Source of the DNA: an uncultured cyanobacterium | GTDB taxonomy: Bacteria; Cyanobacteriota; Cyanobacteriia; Cyanobacteriales; CAWUOF01 | DNA length: 64,000 nucleotides | Assembly (NCBI GenBank): GCA_963744145.1 | Contig: CAVUSO010000001.1 | Span: 1,024,001-1,088,000 of the forward strand | Direction: 5' to 3' | Part shown: one piece after another, positions 1 through 13,161 of the stretch | Position numbering within the stretch: the first letter of the stretch is position 1 | Layout of the letters: every line of letters begins with the position of its first letter | Notes under the pieces: model-generated | The model's database searches: none | The model's input: only the letters and a program-made list of their open reading frames with translations | Told to the model about the DNA's origin: nothing | Made by a program: the position numbers and the translations under genes

Positions 1-441
1 ATTTTCGCGATCGCCAAAATTTTCCTTGGCTGCATCCACAGCATTGGTAATATCTACTGCAACTACTTCACAGGAATTTTTTGAGGCAATATCAAGGAAT
101 CTACCAGCACCACATCCTACCTCTAAAATCCATTTTCCTTTCATCCATTCAGAAGTCCAGCCTGTTTCTGAGTAAAACCGTTTTTCTGATAAGTTTGTCT
201 GGTTAAAAGAATCAACTTGTTCTAATTTAAACTTATGCCATTGATAGCCAAAAGATGAGGCATAATTATCTTGATTGACAAATCGTGGTATACCTGATTC
301 AATCGGATATTGATTGGGACAATTACTACACTTAAGATATCCTTCAATTATTTCTTCATTCATGCCCACCATGGTTTGGTTGCAAAAAAGTTCGCTAGCG
401 CAATGTGGGCAAACTAAAATTTCTAACAGTTTGAGTTTCAT
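1..441 (-). CDS. Trm112-like zinc-ribbon + class I SAM methyltransferase (partial, runs off the window start)
   Basis: Not in the ORF track. Manual translation from ATG at 441: MKLKLLEILVCPHC...CSNC...YPIESGIPRF...WILEVGCGAGRF (SAM motif I). GAGGA RBS upstream. Confidence 0.8.
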   Translation of the reverse strand, partial: MKLKLLEILVCPHCASELFCNQTMVGMNEEIIEGYLKCSNCPNQYPIESGIPRFVNQDNYASSFGYQWHKFKLEQVDSFNQTNLSEKRFYSETGWTSEWMKGKWILEVGCGAGRFLDIASKNSCEVVAVDITNAVDAAKENFGDREN

Positions 442-515
442 AGTATCCTCATTTTTTCTTTCAATCACTCAGCAAATTTTGGCCGATTTTATCAATAGGT
501 TAACTCTGGCAATAC

Positions 516-1502
516 TTAATGGTGAATCCAGAGGTAATCGGGGGCAAGAGAAATTCTCGGAAATAGGGCAGATGAAGGATTTTCTACATATATTTCAATC
601 CCTCTAGGATCAAGAATTTGGCGCTTCATTTCATAGATAATTAGATCAATAGGAACCATAATTGGTAAAGGTTTTAAAGTATCATGGATCTGACCTGGTG
701 GAGAACTATAAAATGATGCCATGTTAGGATACTGTTGTGGATCTTGATAGAAATAAGCCGGATTATTTAAATCTATTCCACAAAGAACAATGCGCTGATA
801 ACCGAGTTTGATGGCAAAGGTAATTAGGGCACTTAATGTAGCTCGAAATTTGAAGAGTTTATCGATCTGAGAAGATGGGTGAAAAACATCTGTATTCAGA
901 AGATAGCGAATATTGGCATCTAGCTCTAATTCATTACGTGCAAAAGCTGAAACGATCGGAACCGCGTACAGATTTTGACGGAACCCATCTGGCAAATCTT
1001 TAATAAAAGATATACGATCTGGATAGAGATCCGTGATAAATTTGATGACGGAAGAGTATTCGGCTTCCTTCTTGGCAACTTCCTCATGGAATACTTTTGC
1101 CATTAATGTTTCTAGTTTGGGACATTCTGGAATCTTATAGTTATAGGATGCTGGTTCAAAGGTATAGAAAGTTGGAATATGCTTGTGGCAAAACCAAAAG
1201 TTAAATCCGATCGAGTCGTGAGATGAAATTATTTGCCATTTGTGAGGGGAAATTTTGTTAATAGAAGAACCACTTCCCAAAATAAAAATAGTATTACTTT
1301 TTTTGACTTTGCTCAAATCTAACTCTTGCAGAAGAGGCATTCCTATTTGACGCCTTGCTTGTTCAAACTGGAGATATTCATACTTGTGTTTGTAAGAAAA
1401 ATGTTTAGCATAATATAATCTCATTGCGAGAGGATAGGGCAGGGTTTTTCCTCGCTCTTTTAAAAATTTGACTAAATCTTCCTGAAATGCAAAACTATTC
1501 AT
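516..1502 (-). CDS. Maf/GT42-like putative nonulosonic-acid (pseudaminyl) transferase
   Basis: IFILGSGSSIN and IVLCGIDL..YFY motifs resemble CstII/Maf-type transferases; lies in the pse cluster. ATG at 1502 preferred over the track's TTG at 1565. Confidence 0.5.
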   Translation of the reverse strand: MNSFAFQEDLVKFLKERGKTLPYPLAMRLYYAKHFSYKHKYEYLQFEQARRQIGMPLLQELDLSKVKKSNTIFILGSGSSINKISPHKWQIISSHDSIGFNFWFCHKHIPTFYTFEPASYNYKIPECPKLETLMAKVFHEEVAKKEAEYSSVIKFITDLYPDRISFIKDLPDGFRQNLYAVPIVSAFARNELELDANIRYLLNTDVFHPSSQIDKLFKFRATLSALITFAIKLGYQRIVLCGIDLNNPAYFYQDPQQYPNMASFYSSPPGQIHDTLKPLPIMVPIDLIIYEMKRQILDPRGIEIYVENPSSALFPRISLAPDYLWIHH

Positions 1503-1606
1503 AGATATCTTTCCTCGGTGATCTGTTTGATTGAAAGTTTCCAGCCTCCAATTATATTTCCTCAATTAGAGTGTGCGATCTGGATGTTTTTCAGTAATTA
1601 CAGAAA

Positions 1607-3412
1607 TTAATCAATGTTGGCCATTGCTTGAAATTCTAAACTTCTAGCAAGTAGTTGATGGTAAGTTCCAGAACAGGAGATTTTACCTGACTGTAAAAAA
1701 TAAAGGCGATCGCACTTTTTCACTGTACTCAAACGATGAGCAATCATAATTATAGTTTTCTCGCCACTTAATCTTTCTAGTGCTTTGGTAATTTCCCTTT
1801 CAGTTTCATTGTCTAAAGCAGCAGTGGCTTCATCCATTACTAATATTTCTGGATCATGATAAAGAGCGCGAGCAATACCAATCCGTTGACGTTGACCTCC
1901 AGAGAGACGAATCCCGCGATCGCCCACCAATGTATCGAGCTGTTCTGGTAAGCTATAAACTAACTCTTTCAGTTGCGCTGCTTCGATCGCTGCCCATACT
2001 TTTTGTTCATCAATTTCCTCGATTGGTAAACCAAAGGCAATATTAGATCGAATAGTATCGTCGGAAAGGTAAATATTCTGAGGAATATAACCGATCTGTC
2101 GTTGCCAACTGTTAAGGTTAGTTTGGATATTTTCACCATCGACCAGAATCTCACCTTGAGTGGGAGTGAGTAATCCTAAAATTAGATCCACCATTGTTGT
2201 TTTTCCAGCTCCTGAAGAGCCAACTAAACCAATAGAGTGAGATTTAGGAATAGATAAAGAGATGCCATTCACTGCCGGATTTTTAGCATTGGGATACTGA
2301 TAGTAAACGTTTTTAATTTCTATAATTTTGTTAAAATCTATAGATTTTTCTACATATTTAGGTACTGGAGGAGTCAAATTTCTAGTTTTTTCTAACGCTA
2401 ATAAGTCGCGATAAATCACATCTACTGAATAACTAAAATAACGAATAGTTGTCAAAGATGCTAAAATCCGGTTAGCTGAGGGCATCAGACGGAAAGCGGC
2501 GATCGCGAATAAGGATAAAGTAGGTAGAATCGATTGCATATTTCTCCCTTGTACCAGCACTACTACGACAATCAAAAGTATGGTAATTACAGCGATACTC
2601 TCTAAAAATAATCTAGGCAAAACGCTAATTGTTTGTACAAATTGAGAAGCAATCGCATATTCACTAGAGTGTGCTGTAAAGGTATTAAGAAAAAATTTTT
2701 CTCGACCTAGAACTTTAACTTCTTTCAATCCTCCCAAACCTTGGTTAATCCATTGAATCATTTTGCTGGAATGGTAGTGTCTGACTTCCCCTAATTTACC
2801 TGTCCGTTTACGAATTAAACTATAAAATCCTACTGTTGCTGTACCAATCACACCTACTGACACAAGAGATGCTAAGGGTTCCATTATAATTAAAAATACT
2901 GCCACAAAAGTAGTAACTAAAAGTTCAGCTAATAAAACTATTCCGGGAATCAAAACATTAATAAACATCACCAGAACTTCGTTGCTGAGGTTGAGAATTA
3001 GTTCAGCTGGATTACGTTCTAGGTGAAAAGTATATGGGCTATAAAGATAGGAACTAAATAAGCGATCAGATAGAGATACTTGCTGATTGAATAAAAATTT
3101 AAATTGCACATATGTTAAAAGACTAAGGTAGATATTTTTGAGAACATAAAATATGATTAAACCGCCAGCTACTAAAATGAGAAATTTTTGGATGGAATCC
3201 ATTCCAGTCAGTTGATATATCCAAAGTAAATACTTATTCTGTTGGATAATTTCTGGTTGGCTAAGTAAATGGACAAATGGTGGAATTAGGCCAATCCCTA
3301 TCATTTCAATTGCTGCGCCTAAGATCATAAGTACAAAAATAGCCCCAGCCTGAATTTGTTCGCGCTGATTGAGTATATAAAGTAGCTTGGGAATAAGTTT
3401 AGCCATGTTCAA
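1607..3412 (-). CDS. ABC exporter, fused permease + ATPase (PglK/MsbA-like glycan flippase)
   Basis: N-terminal TM helices, Walker A GSSGAGKT, signature LSGGQRQR, Walker B ILVMDE, H-loop IAHRL. Confidence 0.9.
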   Translation of the reverse strand: MNMAKLIPKLLYILNQREQIQAGAIFVLMILGAAIEMIGIGLIPPFVHLLSQPEIIQQNKYLLWIYQLTGMDSIQKFLILVAGGLIIFYVLKNIYLSLLTYVQFKFLFNQQVSLSDRLFSSYLYSPYTFHLERNPAELILNLSNEVLVMFINVLIPGIVLLAELLVTTFVAVFLIIMEPLASLVSVGVIGTATVGFYSLIRKRTGKLGEVRHYHSSKMIQWINQGLGGLKEVKVLGREKFFLNTFTAHSSEYAIASQFVQTISVLPRLFLESIAVITILLIVVVVLVQGRNMQSILPTLSLFAIAAFRLMPSANRILASLTTIRYFSYSVDVIYRDLLALEKTRNLTPPVPKYVEKSIDFNKIIEIKNVYYQYPNAKNPAVNGISLSIPKSHSIGLVGSSGAGKTTMVDLILGLLTPTQGEILVDGENIQTNLNSWQRQIGYIPQNIYLSDDTIRSNIAFGLPIEEIDEQKVWAAIEAAQLKELVYSLPEQLDTLVGDRGIRLSGGQRQRIGIARALYHDPEILVMDEATAALDNETEREITKALERLSGEKTIIMIAHRLSTVKKCDRLYFLQSGKISCSGTYHQLLARSLEFQAMANID

Positions 3413-3610
3413 AATTAGTAATTCAGTAGATACTATGACTAAATATTACCTAAATTAGTTCCCGATGTTTTGAGATGATTTGTCAGATTTTTGCTAATAT
3501 TCGTGTTAGATGATTGCCTAGAAATTATTTGCCAATAATAACAAAAAAACCGGATAATATATACAGAATTAACTTTGCTAATCCGGAACATTCACTGAGC
3601 GAAGTTTGAT

Positions 3611-4660
3611 TTATAATAAGCTCCAGGTCACAGGTGTTCCGGTTTTAGCATCTTGCTTGATTGGTTTTCCTAGTAATGCTTGCTCATACTTTGGTGGTAA
3701 TCCTAGTCCTGGACGTACCGCTCTGAGATTTTCTGAAGTAAAGATATCTCCGGCTTTCATATCCTGGGCTATATATAGCGATCGCCTGTAAATTAAGGAT
3801 TTTTTCTCAGCTTCTGTTTGTCCGTAATGGATCTTACCCAGAGATTGCCAAGCTCGTTCTGTCTCGATTACTAGCGATCGCATTTCAGCGGGTTCCATCG
3901 AAAATGTTGAATCTACACCACCATCAGATCGTTGTAAGGTAAAGTGTTTTTCGATCACTGTAGCACCTAAAGCAACACTAGCGATCGCAACTCCAATTCC
4001 CATCGTGTGATCGGATAGTCCAACTTGCACATTAAACAAGTCCCGGAGATGAGGAATGGTCAGAATATTAGTGTTTTCTGGTGATGCTGGATAAGTGCTA
4101 GTACATTTGAGCAAAACTAAATCTTGACACCCAGCATCCCGCACCGCTTGAACTGTCTCATCTAACTCCGCAACAGTTGCCATTCCAGTCGAGATAATTA
4201 TCGGTTTTTTGGTACTAGCAACTTTGCGAATCAAAGGCAAATCAGTATTTTCAAAAGAGGCTATTTTATAACAAGGTACATCCAGAGATTCTAGAAAATC
4301 AACTGCGGTGCTATCAAAGGGGGTACTGAAACCAATTATTCCCAATTCTTGACAGCGGTTAAAAATTGGTTTGTGCCATTCCCAAGGAGTGTATGCTTGC
4401 TGGTACAGTTTGTACAAAGAGTTACCTTGCCATAAACTATTGGGATCGTCAATATAAAATTCGCCAGTCTCAATATTTAAGGTCATGGTATCAGCAGTAT
4501 AAGTCTGAATTTTTAGAGCCTGTGCCCCAGTGTTTGCTGCTGCTTCAACAATTTCTAAAGCTCTTGCTAATGATTGGTTGTGATTGCCAGACATTTCAGC
4601 AATGACAAAGGGAGGATAATTAGCACCAATTTTTTGATTAGCAATAGTAATCTCTCGCAT
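3611..4660 (-). CDS. pseI: Pseudaminic acid synthase
   Basis: IAEMSGNHNQS, KIASFE, GLSDHT, VIEKHFTL, C-terminal SAF domain (RRSLY..RPGLGLPP). Confidence 0.93.
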   Translation of the reverse strand: MREITIANQKIGANYPPFVIAEMSGNHNQSLARALEIVEAAANTGAQALKIQTYTADTMTLNIETGEFYIDDPNSLWQGNSLYKLYQQAYTPWEWHKPIFNRCQELGIIGFSTPFDSTAVDFLESLDVPCYKIASFENTDLPLIRKVASTKKPIIISTGMATVAELDETVQAVRDAGCQDLVLLKCTSTYPASPENTNILTIPHLRDLFNVQVGLSDHTMGIGVAIASVALGATVIEKHFTLQRSDGGVDSTFSMEPAEMRSLVIETERAWQSLGKIHYGQTEAEKKSLIYRRSLYIAQDMKAGDIFTSENLRAVRPGLGLPPKYEQALLGKPIKQDAKTGTPVTWSLL

Positions 4661-4684
4661 CTGCTTACTCCAATAATTAATTGA

Positions 4685-6178
4685 TTAACGGATTTTAACT
4701 AGATGTATAGCTGGCTGGTTTCGCACTATAGTTGGTTCTATATTTTGAAATCCACTTTTGATAAAGGCTCGAATTGATGATTGATTTTCTGGCTTTATGT
4801 AAGCATGAATTTTAGTTATTTCCCCACTATGAAAAAGTTTTTCCGATGCTAGCTGAATTAAAATAATTCCATAGCCATGACCACGAAAATGGCGATCTAT
4901 GCTCAGAGAAACGATCGCTTCATTTTGGTTAATATCATAACGAATTTGACCGACAGGAATATCTTGGTGATTCAGGGCAATATACATAATACAGCTAGGT
5001 TGTGTCAGCTTTTCTTGGAACCATTTAATATGATCTTCCCAAGAAATAGGTTCTGAGGAAAAGGAAACGGCACGCACCTCTGGCTCATTTGCCCATTCCC
5101 AAATCAATTTACTATCATCAGCATCAACTAAGCGAAATTTTAATAATTTGTTTTCTAGATGTTTCAAAACTCGCTTACTTCCTTTACCATCCACTAGCTT
5201 TTGATTTTGTCTGCTTATTTCTATCCGTTGTTCTAGTGTTGTTTGTAATTGGGTGGATACAACTGCGGCTATTTGCTCCATCGAAATATCTTCATGCCAG
5301 CCTAAATTAATGGTTATTCCTATTTCATTTAATTTTTCAGCGATCGCTCGTTGGTTATCAGCCAAAATTAGCATTAAACTCGGTAAACCCATAAAAGCTA
5401 ATTCCCAACAAGTCGATCCACCAGCAGCGATCGCCAGATCAGCCCAAGCCATTAATTCAGGCATATTTCGGACATTATTTTTCAGAGAAATTGGAAACCG
5501 TGACTCTTGTGCAAACAAGCGTAAGTGATCACCGTGGGGATTGTTTCCTCCCACCACAACTATTGCTTCCAGCCCATTTATTTCTACTTGCTGTAATCCT
5601 TGTAGGACTTTAAGCGTTACATTATCGCGATCGCTACCACCTAAAGTAACTAAAATTTTGTGAGCGATCGGCGATATTTTCCGGTGCCATCCCAACCAGG
5701 GCCAAAATTCCTGCCGTAATAGGGTATAGCGAGTTCCTAATAATAGTTGAGTATGAGGTTCTCGGTTCACGTATAAATTTTCATTGGCATAGATATTCTG
5801 ATTTAAAATCAGGTCTGCACAGTAGGATTGTGCGTGTCCGTAATCATCAAGAAACAAAAGATATAATCCAGCTTTTTTGATAATTCGCTGATACTCAGCT
5901 CCAAAATGATAACCATCTACAACAATCCAGCTTGCTGCTACCTGCCGTGCTAAATCTATGGTTTGAATTGCATCTTCAATACTACCTGGTTGAGCTAATA
6001 GATGCACAATTTCCATTCCCTGCGATCGCAAACGTTCAGCTAGTGCTGATGCAACCACATCCATCACAAAAATTGCTTGCCGTCTAGCTTTTTGCCAAAC
6101 CTGAGCCAAAGCTAAACACCGCATCAGGTGACCTGTGCCAATTTGAAGAGAAGCATCTGTCCGAATAATGATTTTCAC
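4685..6178 (-). CDS. pseG: PseG UDP-sugar hydrolase fused to a PseH-like GNAT acetyltransferase
   Basis: IRTDASLQIGTGHLMRCLALA, VVDGY, TLGGSD, AAGGSTCWE; C-terminal GNAT domain (RGHGYG, N..SIRAF.K.GF). Confidence 0.88.
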   Translation of the reverse strand: MKIIIRTDASLQIGTGHLMRCLALAQVWQKARRQAIFVMDVVASALAERLRSQGMEIVHLLAQPGSIEDAIQTIDLARQVAASWIVVDGYHFGAEYQRIIKKAGLYLLFLDDYGHAQSYCADLILNQNIYANENLYVNREPHTQLLLGTRYTLLRQEFWPWLGWHRKISPIAHKILVTLGGSDRDNVTLKVLQGLQQVEINGLEAIVVVGGNNPHGDHLRLFAQESRFPISLKNNVRNMPELMAWADLAIAAGGSTCWELAFMGLPSLMLILADNQRAIAEKLNEIGITINLGWHEDISMEQIAAVVSTQLQTTLEQRIEISRQNQKLVDGKGSKRVLKHLENKLLKFRLVDADDSKLIWEWANEPEVRAVSFSSEPISWEDHIKWFQEKLTQPSCIMYIALNHQDIPVGQIRYDINQNEAIVSLSIDRHFRGHGYGIILIQLASEKLFHSGEITKIHAYIKPENQSSIRAFIKSGFQNIEPTIVRNQPAIHLVKIR

Positions 6179-6218
6179 AAGTCAATTTGAGAATGTTTCT
6201 ATTATTAATCTTTACCAA

Positions 6219-6977
6219 CTACAGCCGTACATTTATATTATGTTTTTTGAGAAAACGCTTGGCTTCTAAGGGAGTTTGCTCAGTAAAATGAAACATACTG
6301 GCTGCGGCAACAGCGGATGCGTGACCATCAATTAATGCTGCTGCCATGTGTTCGTAATTACCCGCACCACCAGAGGCAATAACGGGAATAGAAACAGCAT
6401 TACTTACGCATTTTATTAACTCGATATCGTAGCCATTCATCGTTCCATCTAAGTCAATTGATGTGAGGAGAATTTCTCCAGCTCCGAGGGATTCAACCTC
6501 CTTAGCTAAAATTACTGGATCTTTACCAGTAGGCTGTTTACCTGAATGGGTAAACACTTCATAGGTGCCATTAGGTAATTTTTTTGCATCAATTGAAACT
6601 ACCACACATTGAGAGCCGAATTGCTGGGCTACTGACTGAATTAGTTCTGGTGTAGATAACGCTGCTGAGTTAATAGCAACTTTATCAGCACCAACTTGCA
6701 AAAGTTTTCGTACATCTGCAACTGTTTGGATACCACCACCTACAGTTAAAGGCATAAAACATTCATCAGCAATTTCATCAACGGTTTCAAAATCAGGGGA
6801 ACGTCTCTCATTGGTAGCGCTAATATCAAGGAAAATTAACTCATCAACTTCCCGCATATTATAAACTTTGATCGCTTGCATCAGACTACCTATCCGTCGC
6901 CAGCTATCAAAACTTATCCCCTTGACTAAACCAAAATTTTTGAACAATAAAGTTGGCATTACACGGACTTTAAGCAT
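6219..6977 (-). CDS. HisF-like cyclase-fold subunit (glycan amidation, WbuZ-like)
   Basis: DELIFLDI, PLTVGGGI, GAGEILLTSID.DGT..GYD; follows an amidotransferase and a HisH-like gene. Confidence 0.88.
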   Translation of the reverse strand: MLKVRVMPTLLFKNFGLVKGISFDSWRRIGSLMQAIKVYNMREVDELIFLDISATNERRSPDFETVDEIADECFMPLTVGGGIQTVADVRKLLQVGADKVAINSAALSTPELIQSVAQQFGSQCVVVSIDAKKLPNGTYEVFTHSGKQPTGKDPVILAKEVESLGAGEILLTSIDLDGTMNGYDIELIKCVSNAVSIPVIASGGAGNYEHMAAALIDGHASAVAAASMFHFTEQTPLEAKRFLKKHNINVRL

Positions 6978-6989
6978 ATTAGCTACATC

Positions 6990-7607
6990 CTAAAGGGCAA
7001 GAAAATTTTTGAGGAGTTGAAATCCTAACTTCTGGCTTTTTTCCGGATGAAATTGAACTCCGAAAATATTATTTCTCCTTATTGCTGAAGCAAAACCACC
7101 ACAATAAGAGGTAGAAGCGATCACTTCCTGCTGATGATTGCAGGAAAAATGGTAGCTGTGGACAAAATAAAAATCTTTACCAGAAGGAATATTTTGAAAC
7201 AAAGGTGAGGGCTGGTTGAAGATAACTTCATTCCAGCCGACGTGAGGAATACGCACATCAGGATGGTTAGATTCTAGTCGTTTTACTTCTCCATCAATCC
7301 AACCTAAACCTTCAGTTTCTCCACCTTCCCAACCTTTGCTAGCAAGTAGTTGCATCCCTAAACAAATCCCGAGAAAGGGAATGTTTTTTTCGAGAACTTG
7401 TTCTCGTAATATATCTTCTAAGCCATAACTACGAATATTTTTCATCCCGATGGGAAATGCACCCACTCCGGGCATAATTATGTAGTTTGCTAGTTCAAAA
7501 TCACGAGCTTCACGGGTAATCACTGCATCACATCCACATTCCTGAACAGCACGAGCTACAGAATCTAAATTACCCATTCCATAATCCGCGATCGCAACTT
7601 TCTTCAT
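6990..7607 (-). CDS. HisH-like glutamine amidotransferase (WbuY-like)
   Basis: DYGMGNL, PGVGAF, GICLGMQ (catalytic Cys), QFHPEKS. Confidence 0.9.
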   Translation of the reverse strand: MKKVAIADYGMGNLDSVARAVQECGCDAVITREARDFELANYIIMPGVGAFPIGMKNIRSYGLEDILREQVLEKNIPFLGICLGMQLLASKGWEGGETEGLGWIDGEVKRLESNHPDVRIPHVGWNEVIFNQPSPLFQNIPSGKDFYFVHSYHFSCNHQQEVIASTSYCGGFASAIRRNNIFGVQFHPEKSQKLGFQLLKNFLAL

Positions 7608-7609
7608 AG

Positions 7610-8824
7610 TTATACCTGCAAAATTTTGGCTGTTTTTGAGTTCCCCTGCATATCGGGTTTAGGCTCTGAACCAATTAAGTTGTCATAATTAATTTTCGTT
7701 AGATTCCCCTGTTTGTCTTTGACTAAATTACCTCGGCTATCACAGACAAACAACTTCTTGTTAGTAAAGCGATCGCAGATTTTGATGAACTCTTCCACAG
7801 TCATATCAATCTCCTTGAGAATCTCTTCCAGGGGACATCCTAAATAACTCCAAGGAAATTTGCCATCGTGGATTTTAACTAGGTTAACAGCATCTTTTCG
7901 GTAAAGCCGTCCGCGCCGAATATGTAAGCAAGCTAAGTCCGTGGCTCGTCCAAAGCCGTATTTGAGAAATTTGAAGTAATCATGTATTCCTGTATGACAG
8001 TTATCTAAGTTTTCGTAGTTAACTAAGGAACCTTCAATTGTCTTGTGATAAGTTTCAAAACCATGTGCTTGAGCATAAAGAGCATTGTGATAGCCATCCC
8101 AAGGTAGATAGTAACCCAAAAATAGCCCTGTTACTCCCACTTTTTCCAATTCTTGATCAGAAGGATATCGATACTGAATCAGGTCTTTTGCTTCAATCCC
8201 ATCCTGTCCAATCAAATCAGAAACTCTCAAACCTAAAAGTCCACCGAACTCTTCTAACCATCTGCGGGTGAGTGTATTGTTTTTTGCCGCACCAGCCGGA
8301 CCACCATACTCGTGCTGCGGGTTTTCTCCCCAGATAATCAGCGGAATATTGAGTTGTACGGCCAGCCTAACAGGTATAGTAAATATAGTTACATGTTCTG
8401 GCCAAGAAATATCTCCAACTTGAGTTAGTGTCAGACGGTTAATTTTTCGGCGTACTATGGAATTAGTTGTGACCTCAATGTAGTCTACTCCAAGATTTTT
8501 GAGATTTTCAATATTACGCCGTCCAATTTCAGACAATTTATCTGTTGTGGCGGTAATACATAGTGGATTCATCCCCATTTCTAGGATTTTTAAGACCTGG
8601 TAATGGCTGTCTTTACCACCGCTAACAGGGATAATACAGTCATAGTTACTGCCATCTTTAGAACGGTAACGATCTAGAATACTAAACAATTCTTCTTTGC
8701 GTAAATCCCAGTCAACCGCTTGCCGTTTTTCAAAATAGTAACAAGCGCTACAAACCCCATTCTCATGAATCAATAAATCCGGTTTTGTTTCTGGCATCAC
8801 ACAGCAAGTACAGTACCTAATCAT
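7610..8824 (-). CDS. N-acetyl sugar amidotransferase (WbuX/PseA family)
   Basis: YCTCC.MPETKP, PP-loop SGGKDS, HDYFKFLKYGFGRATD. Confidence 0.9.
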   Translation of the reverse strand: MIRYCTCCVMPETKPDLLIHENGVCSACYYFEKRQAVDWDLRKEELFSILDRYRSKDGSNYDCIIPVSGGKDSHYQVLKILEMGMNPLCITATTDKLSEIGRRNIENLKNLGVDYIEVTTNSIVRRKINRLTLTQVGDISWPEHVTIFTIPVRLAVQLNIPLIIWGENPQHEYGGPAGAAKNNTLTRRWLEEFGGLLGLRVSDLIGQDGIEAKDLIQYRYPSDQELEKVGVTGLFLGYYLPWDGYHNALYAQAHGFETYHKTIEGSLVNYENLDNCHTGIHDYFKFLKYGFGRATDLACLHIRRGRLYRKDAVNLVKIHDGKFPWSYLGCPLEEILKEIDMTVEEFIKICDRFTNKKLFVCDSRGNLVKDKQGNLTKINYDNLIGSEPKPDMQGNSKTAKILQV

Positions 8825-8851
8825 TAGTAAAACTCCTTTATTGGTAAAAAA

Positions 8852-9466
8852 TTAAACCGTCTTTTCTAACAAAATCCAAGTTGTGTTATCCCAAGCTGGA
8901 CTCATCCGCTGCCACAGAAAGCCATAATCGATTACTATCACTTTGTCTCTGTGCTGTTCCATCAACTCACCAGCAAAGTCACGCTTAAAAAGCTTGTCGG
9001 TATATCCTCGATAATTAATCTCGACCGGAACAGGATTGTAATATTCGTTGAGCAAGATGTACCGCGAGGAAATATCATATATTTTCTGATAAATTAGCGG
9101 CAAATCTTGAGGATTAATGTGAATTAAAACACCACAAGTAAAAACTAAATCAAATTTTTTTTCTGGGTTAAAGTCCTGAATAGATGATTGGACTGATTGC
9201 ACTCCTGGGATTGTCTCTAATTGAGCGATCGCTGTTGGATTTAATTCTACTCCTGTTAGTTGAAAATTAGAGCTGAGTTGGGCGATCGCCTGGAGATTAT
9301 GACCTCGGTTTGCTCCTAACTCACAAATTGTCTTAACTCCATAAGTTTTGGCTAAAACCTGGGCGAAAAATGGTTGACGTTGCTCAGGTAAAATCTGATT
9401 TCGGCTTGTATATTCCGTCCCAAAATTGCCTTGCCAAAACAATTCTTGCTCGGTTTTATTTCTCAT
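8852..9466 (-). CDS. Pseudaminic acid biosynthesis-associated methylase
   Basis: TEQE.FW.G.FG.EY, ELGANRG.NL, GVLIHINP, LFKRDFAGE. Confidence 0.85.
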   Translation of the reverse strand: MRNKTEQELFWQGNFGTEYTSRNQILPEQRQPFFAQVLAKTYGVKTICELGANRGHNLQAIAQLSSNFQLTGVELNPTAIAQLETIPGVQSVQSSIQDFNPEKKFDLVFTCGVLIHINPQDLPLIYQKIYDISSRYILLNEYYNPVPVEINYRGYTDKLFKRDFAGELMEQHRDKVIVIDYGFLWQRMSPAWDNTTWILLEKTV

Positions 9467-9482
9467 GTCTGGTTCCCAACTA

Positions 9483-10226
9483 TTAACCTAATTTTTTCTG
9501 TTGAACGTGAGCGTTAATTTTTACCAGCTCTGATTTTTCTTTGAGAAGTGTTAAAACTTCATCAGTTTTAAAAATCTCTCCATCTTTGGACAAAGCAGAG
9601 TAAATTTCTTGAATTAACTGCCAATCCTCTTCGGTATCTAGAGTCCAACGGTAATTGGAGATATTTTTTTGATTGGTATATTCTTGTAAAGTGAAAAAAT
9701 CAGGATGCTGATAGATGTAAGGAGTGACATGCTCTTTTTCGTAAGGCTGATGAGCTTCCTTAACAGCCCGTTCTAATGCTTTAAAAGTAAATACCTCAGC
9801 GTCTAACCCGATTGGGTAAGTCCGATTTAAAGTATTACTCAGGTAATCAATTTTTAGTCCTGCAACTGTAGTAGTTTTGAAATAATACAACATTTGCGAT
9901 AGAACTTCTGGATCAAAGAGAGGACAATCAGAGGTAATTCTGACAATAATCTCTGCCTGAAATTGTTGAGCTGCCAAATAATAGCGTTCTAACACATTTT
10001 CTTCACTACCGCGAAACCATTTTACTCCGCATTTCTCAGCCTCGATGACAATGAGATCATCTCCCAATGAGGTCGTGGTAGCAACAATAACTTCATCGAG
10101 CAACAAACAAGATTTAACTCGTGAGATTACATGAGCCAGAACGGTTTTGTCACCAAGAAGTTTCATTACCTTACCAGGTAAGCGAGTAGACCCCATCCGA
10201 GCTTGAATAATGGCAACTATCCTCAT
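9483..10226 (-). CDS. pseF: Acylneuraminate cytidylyltransferase family (SpsF/PseF-like)
   Basis: IIQARMGSTRLPGKV, RITSDCP, EHVTPY, RWTLDT.ED. Confidence 0.8.
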   Translation of the reverse strand: MRIVAIIQARMGSTRLPGKVMKLLGDKTVLAHVISRVKSCLLLDEVIVATTTSLGDDLIVIEAEKCGVKWFRGSEENVLERYYLAAQQFQAEIIVRITSDCPLFDPEVLSQMLYYFKTTTVAGLKIDYLSNTLNRTYPIGLDAEVFTFKALERAVKEAHQPYEKEHVTPYIYQHPDFFTLQEYTNQKNISNYRWTLDTEEDWQLIQEIYSALSKDGEIFKTDEVLTLLKEKSELVKINAHVQQKKLG

Positions 10227-10574
10227 AAATGTATCTATTATTCTGTCTCCATTACTTTAGTTTTTGTTCCCAGATATTTCTGATATTTTCCCAAGTTAAC
10301 GATGGTCATATTAATCGAAGTATCTAGAGAAATAACTAGGTTTAACAACTACAAATTCTTGGTTTTCTATGAATAGTTACAGGTCTAAATTTCAGAGATC
10401 CGGATTTTCAGGTAAAAGATCTTACTGATTTAGGATTTACGCAGACTTAACCTAATTCTGTCCTCGGTGTTAATGTAGCTTGATGAAGCGTTAGTGAAAT
10501 TATGCCCGGGATCTTAGCCAGATTTTGAATTTCGCGATCGCGCTAATATTTTTACCAATTGAGTATTTATTCAA

Positions 10575-12742
<2,168 letters not shown>

Positions 12743-13161
12743 TCATTGATACTTACTTCAGCTCTCAAAATTTTCAACCGGAAAATAGACTTGGTAAAAA
12801 ATGTCTATATCAATTAGAAAATCGGGTATATTGGGCAGAAGTTATATTTAATGATGCAGACTTTTGGGAATTGCTCAGGAAAAAATTACGGAATAATTGG
12901 ATGACCGCTCTGATTACGACAAATTTACATTAGAGTTGTGATGAAGCAACCCTTTGGAGCGTTTTCAAAGATTTGCTCTGTTGTTTTCACATCATCTTTG
13001 GGCCAAAAGCTATTGGCCCTAGGGCGTTGGTCGCGATCGCTATGACCAGAAATTAATAGCGGAGATTGGACACTACATTAACTAGCGATCGCAGAAATAA
13101 AGCAAACCTTTTTGTCTGATGAGGATGAGGTTGAACCTTTTCTCTGGATATATAAGCAATC

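Noticed and set aside
6219-7607. Histidine biosynthesis hisF/hisH
   Set aside because: Context next to a WbuX/PseA amidotransferase indicates the known glycan-amidation paralogues.
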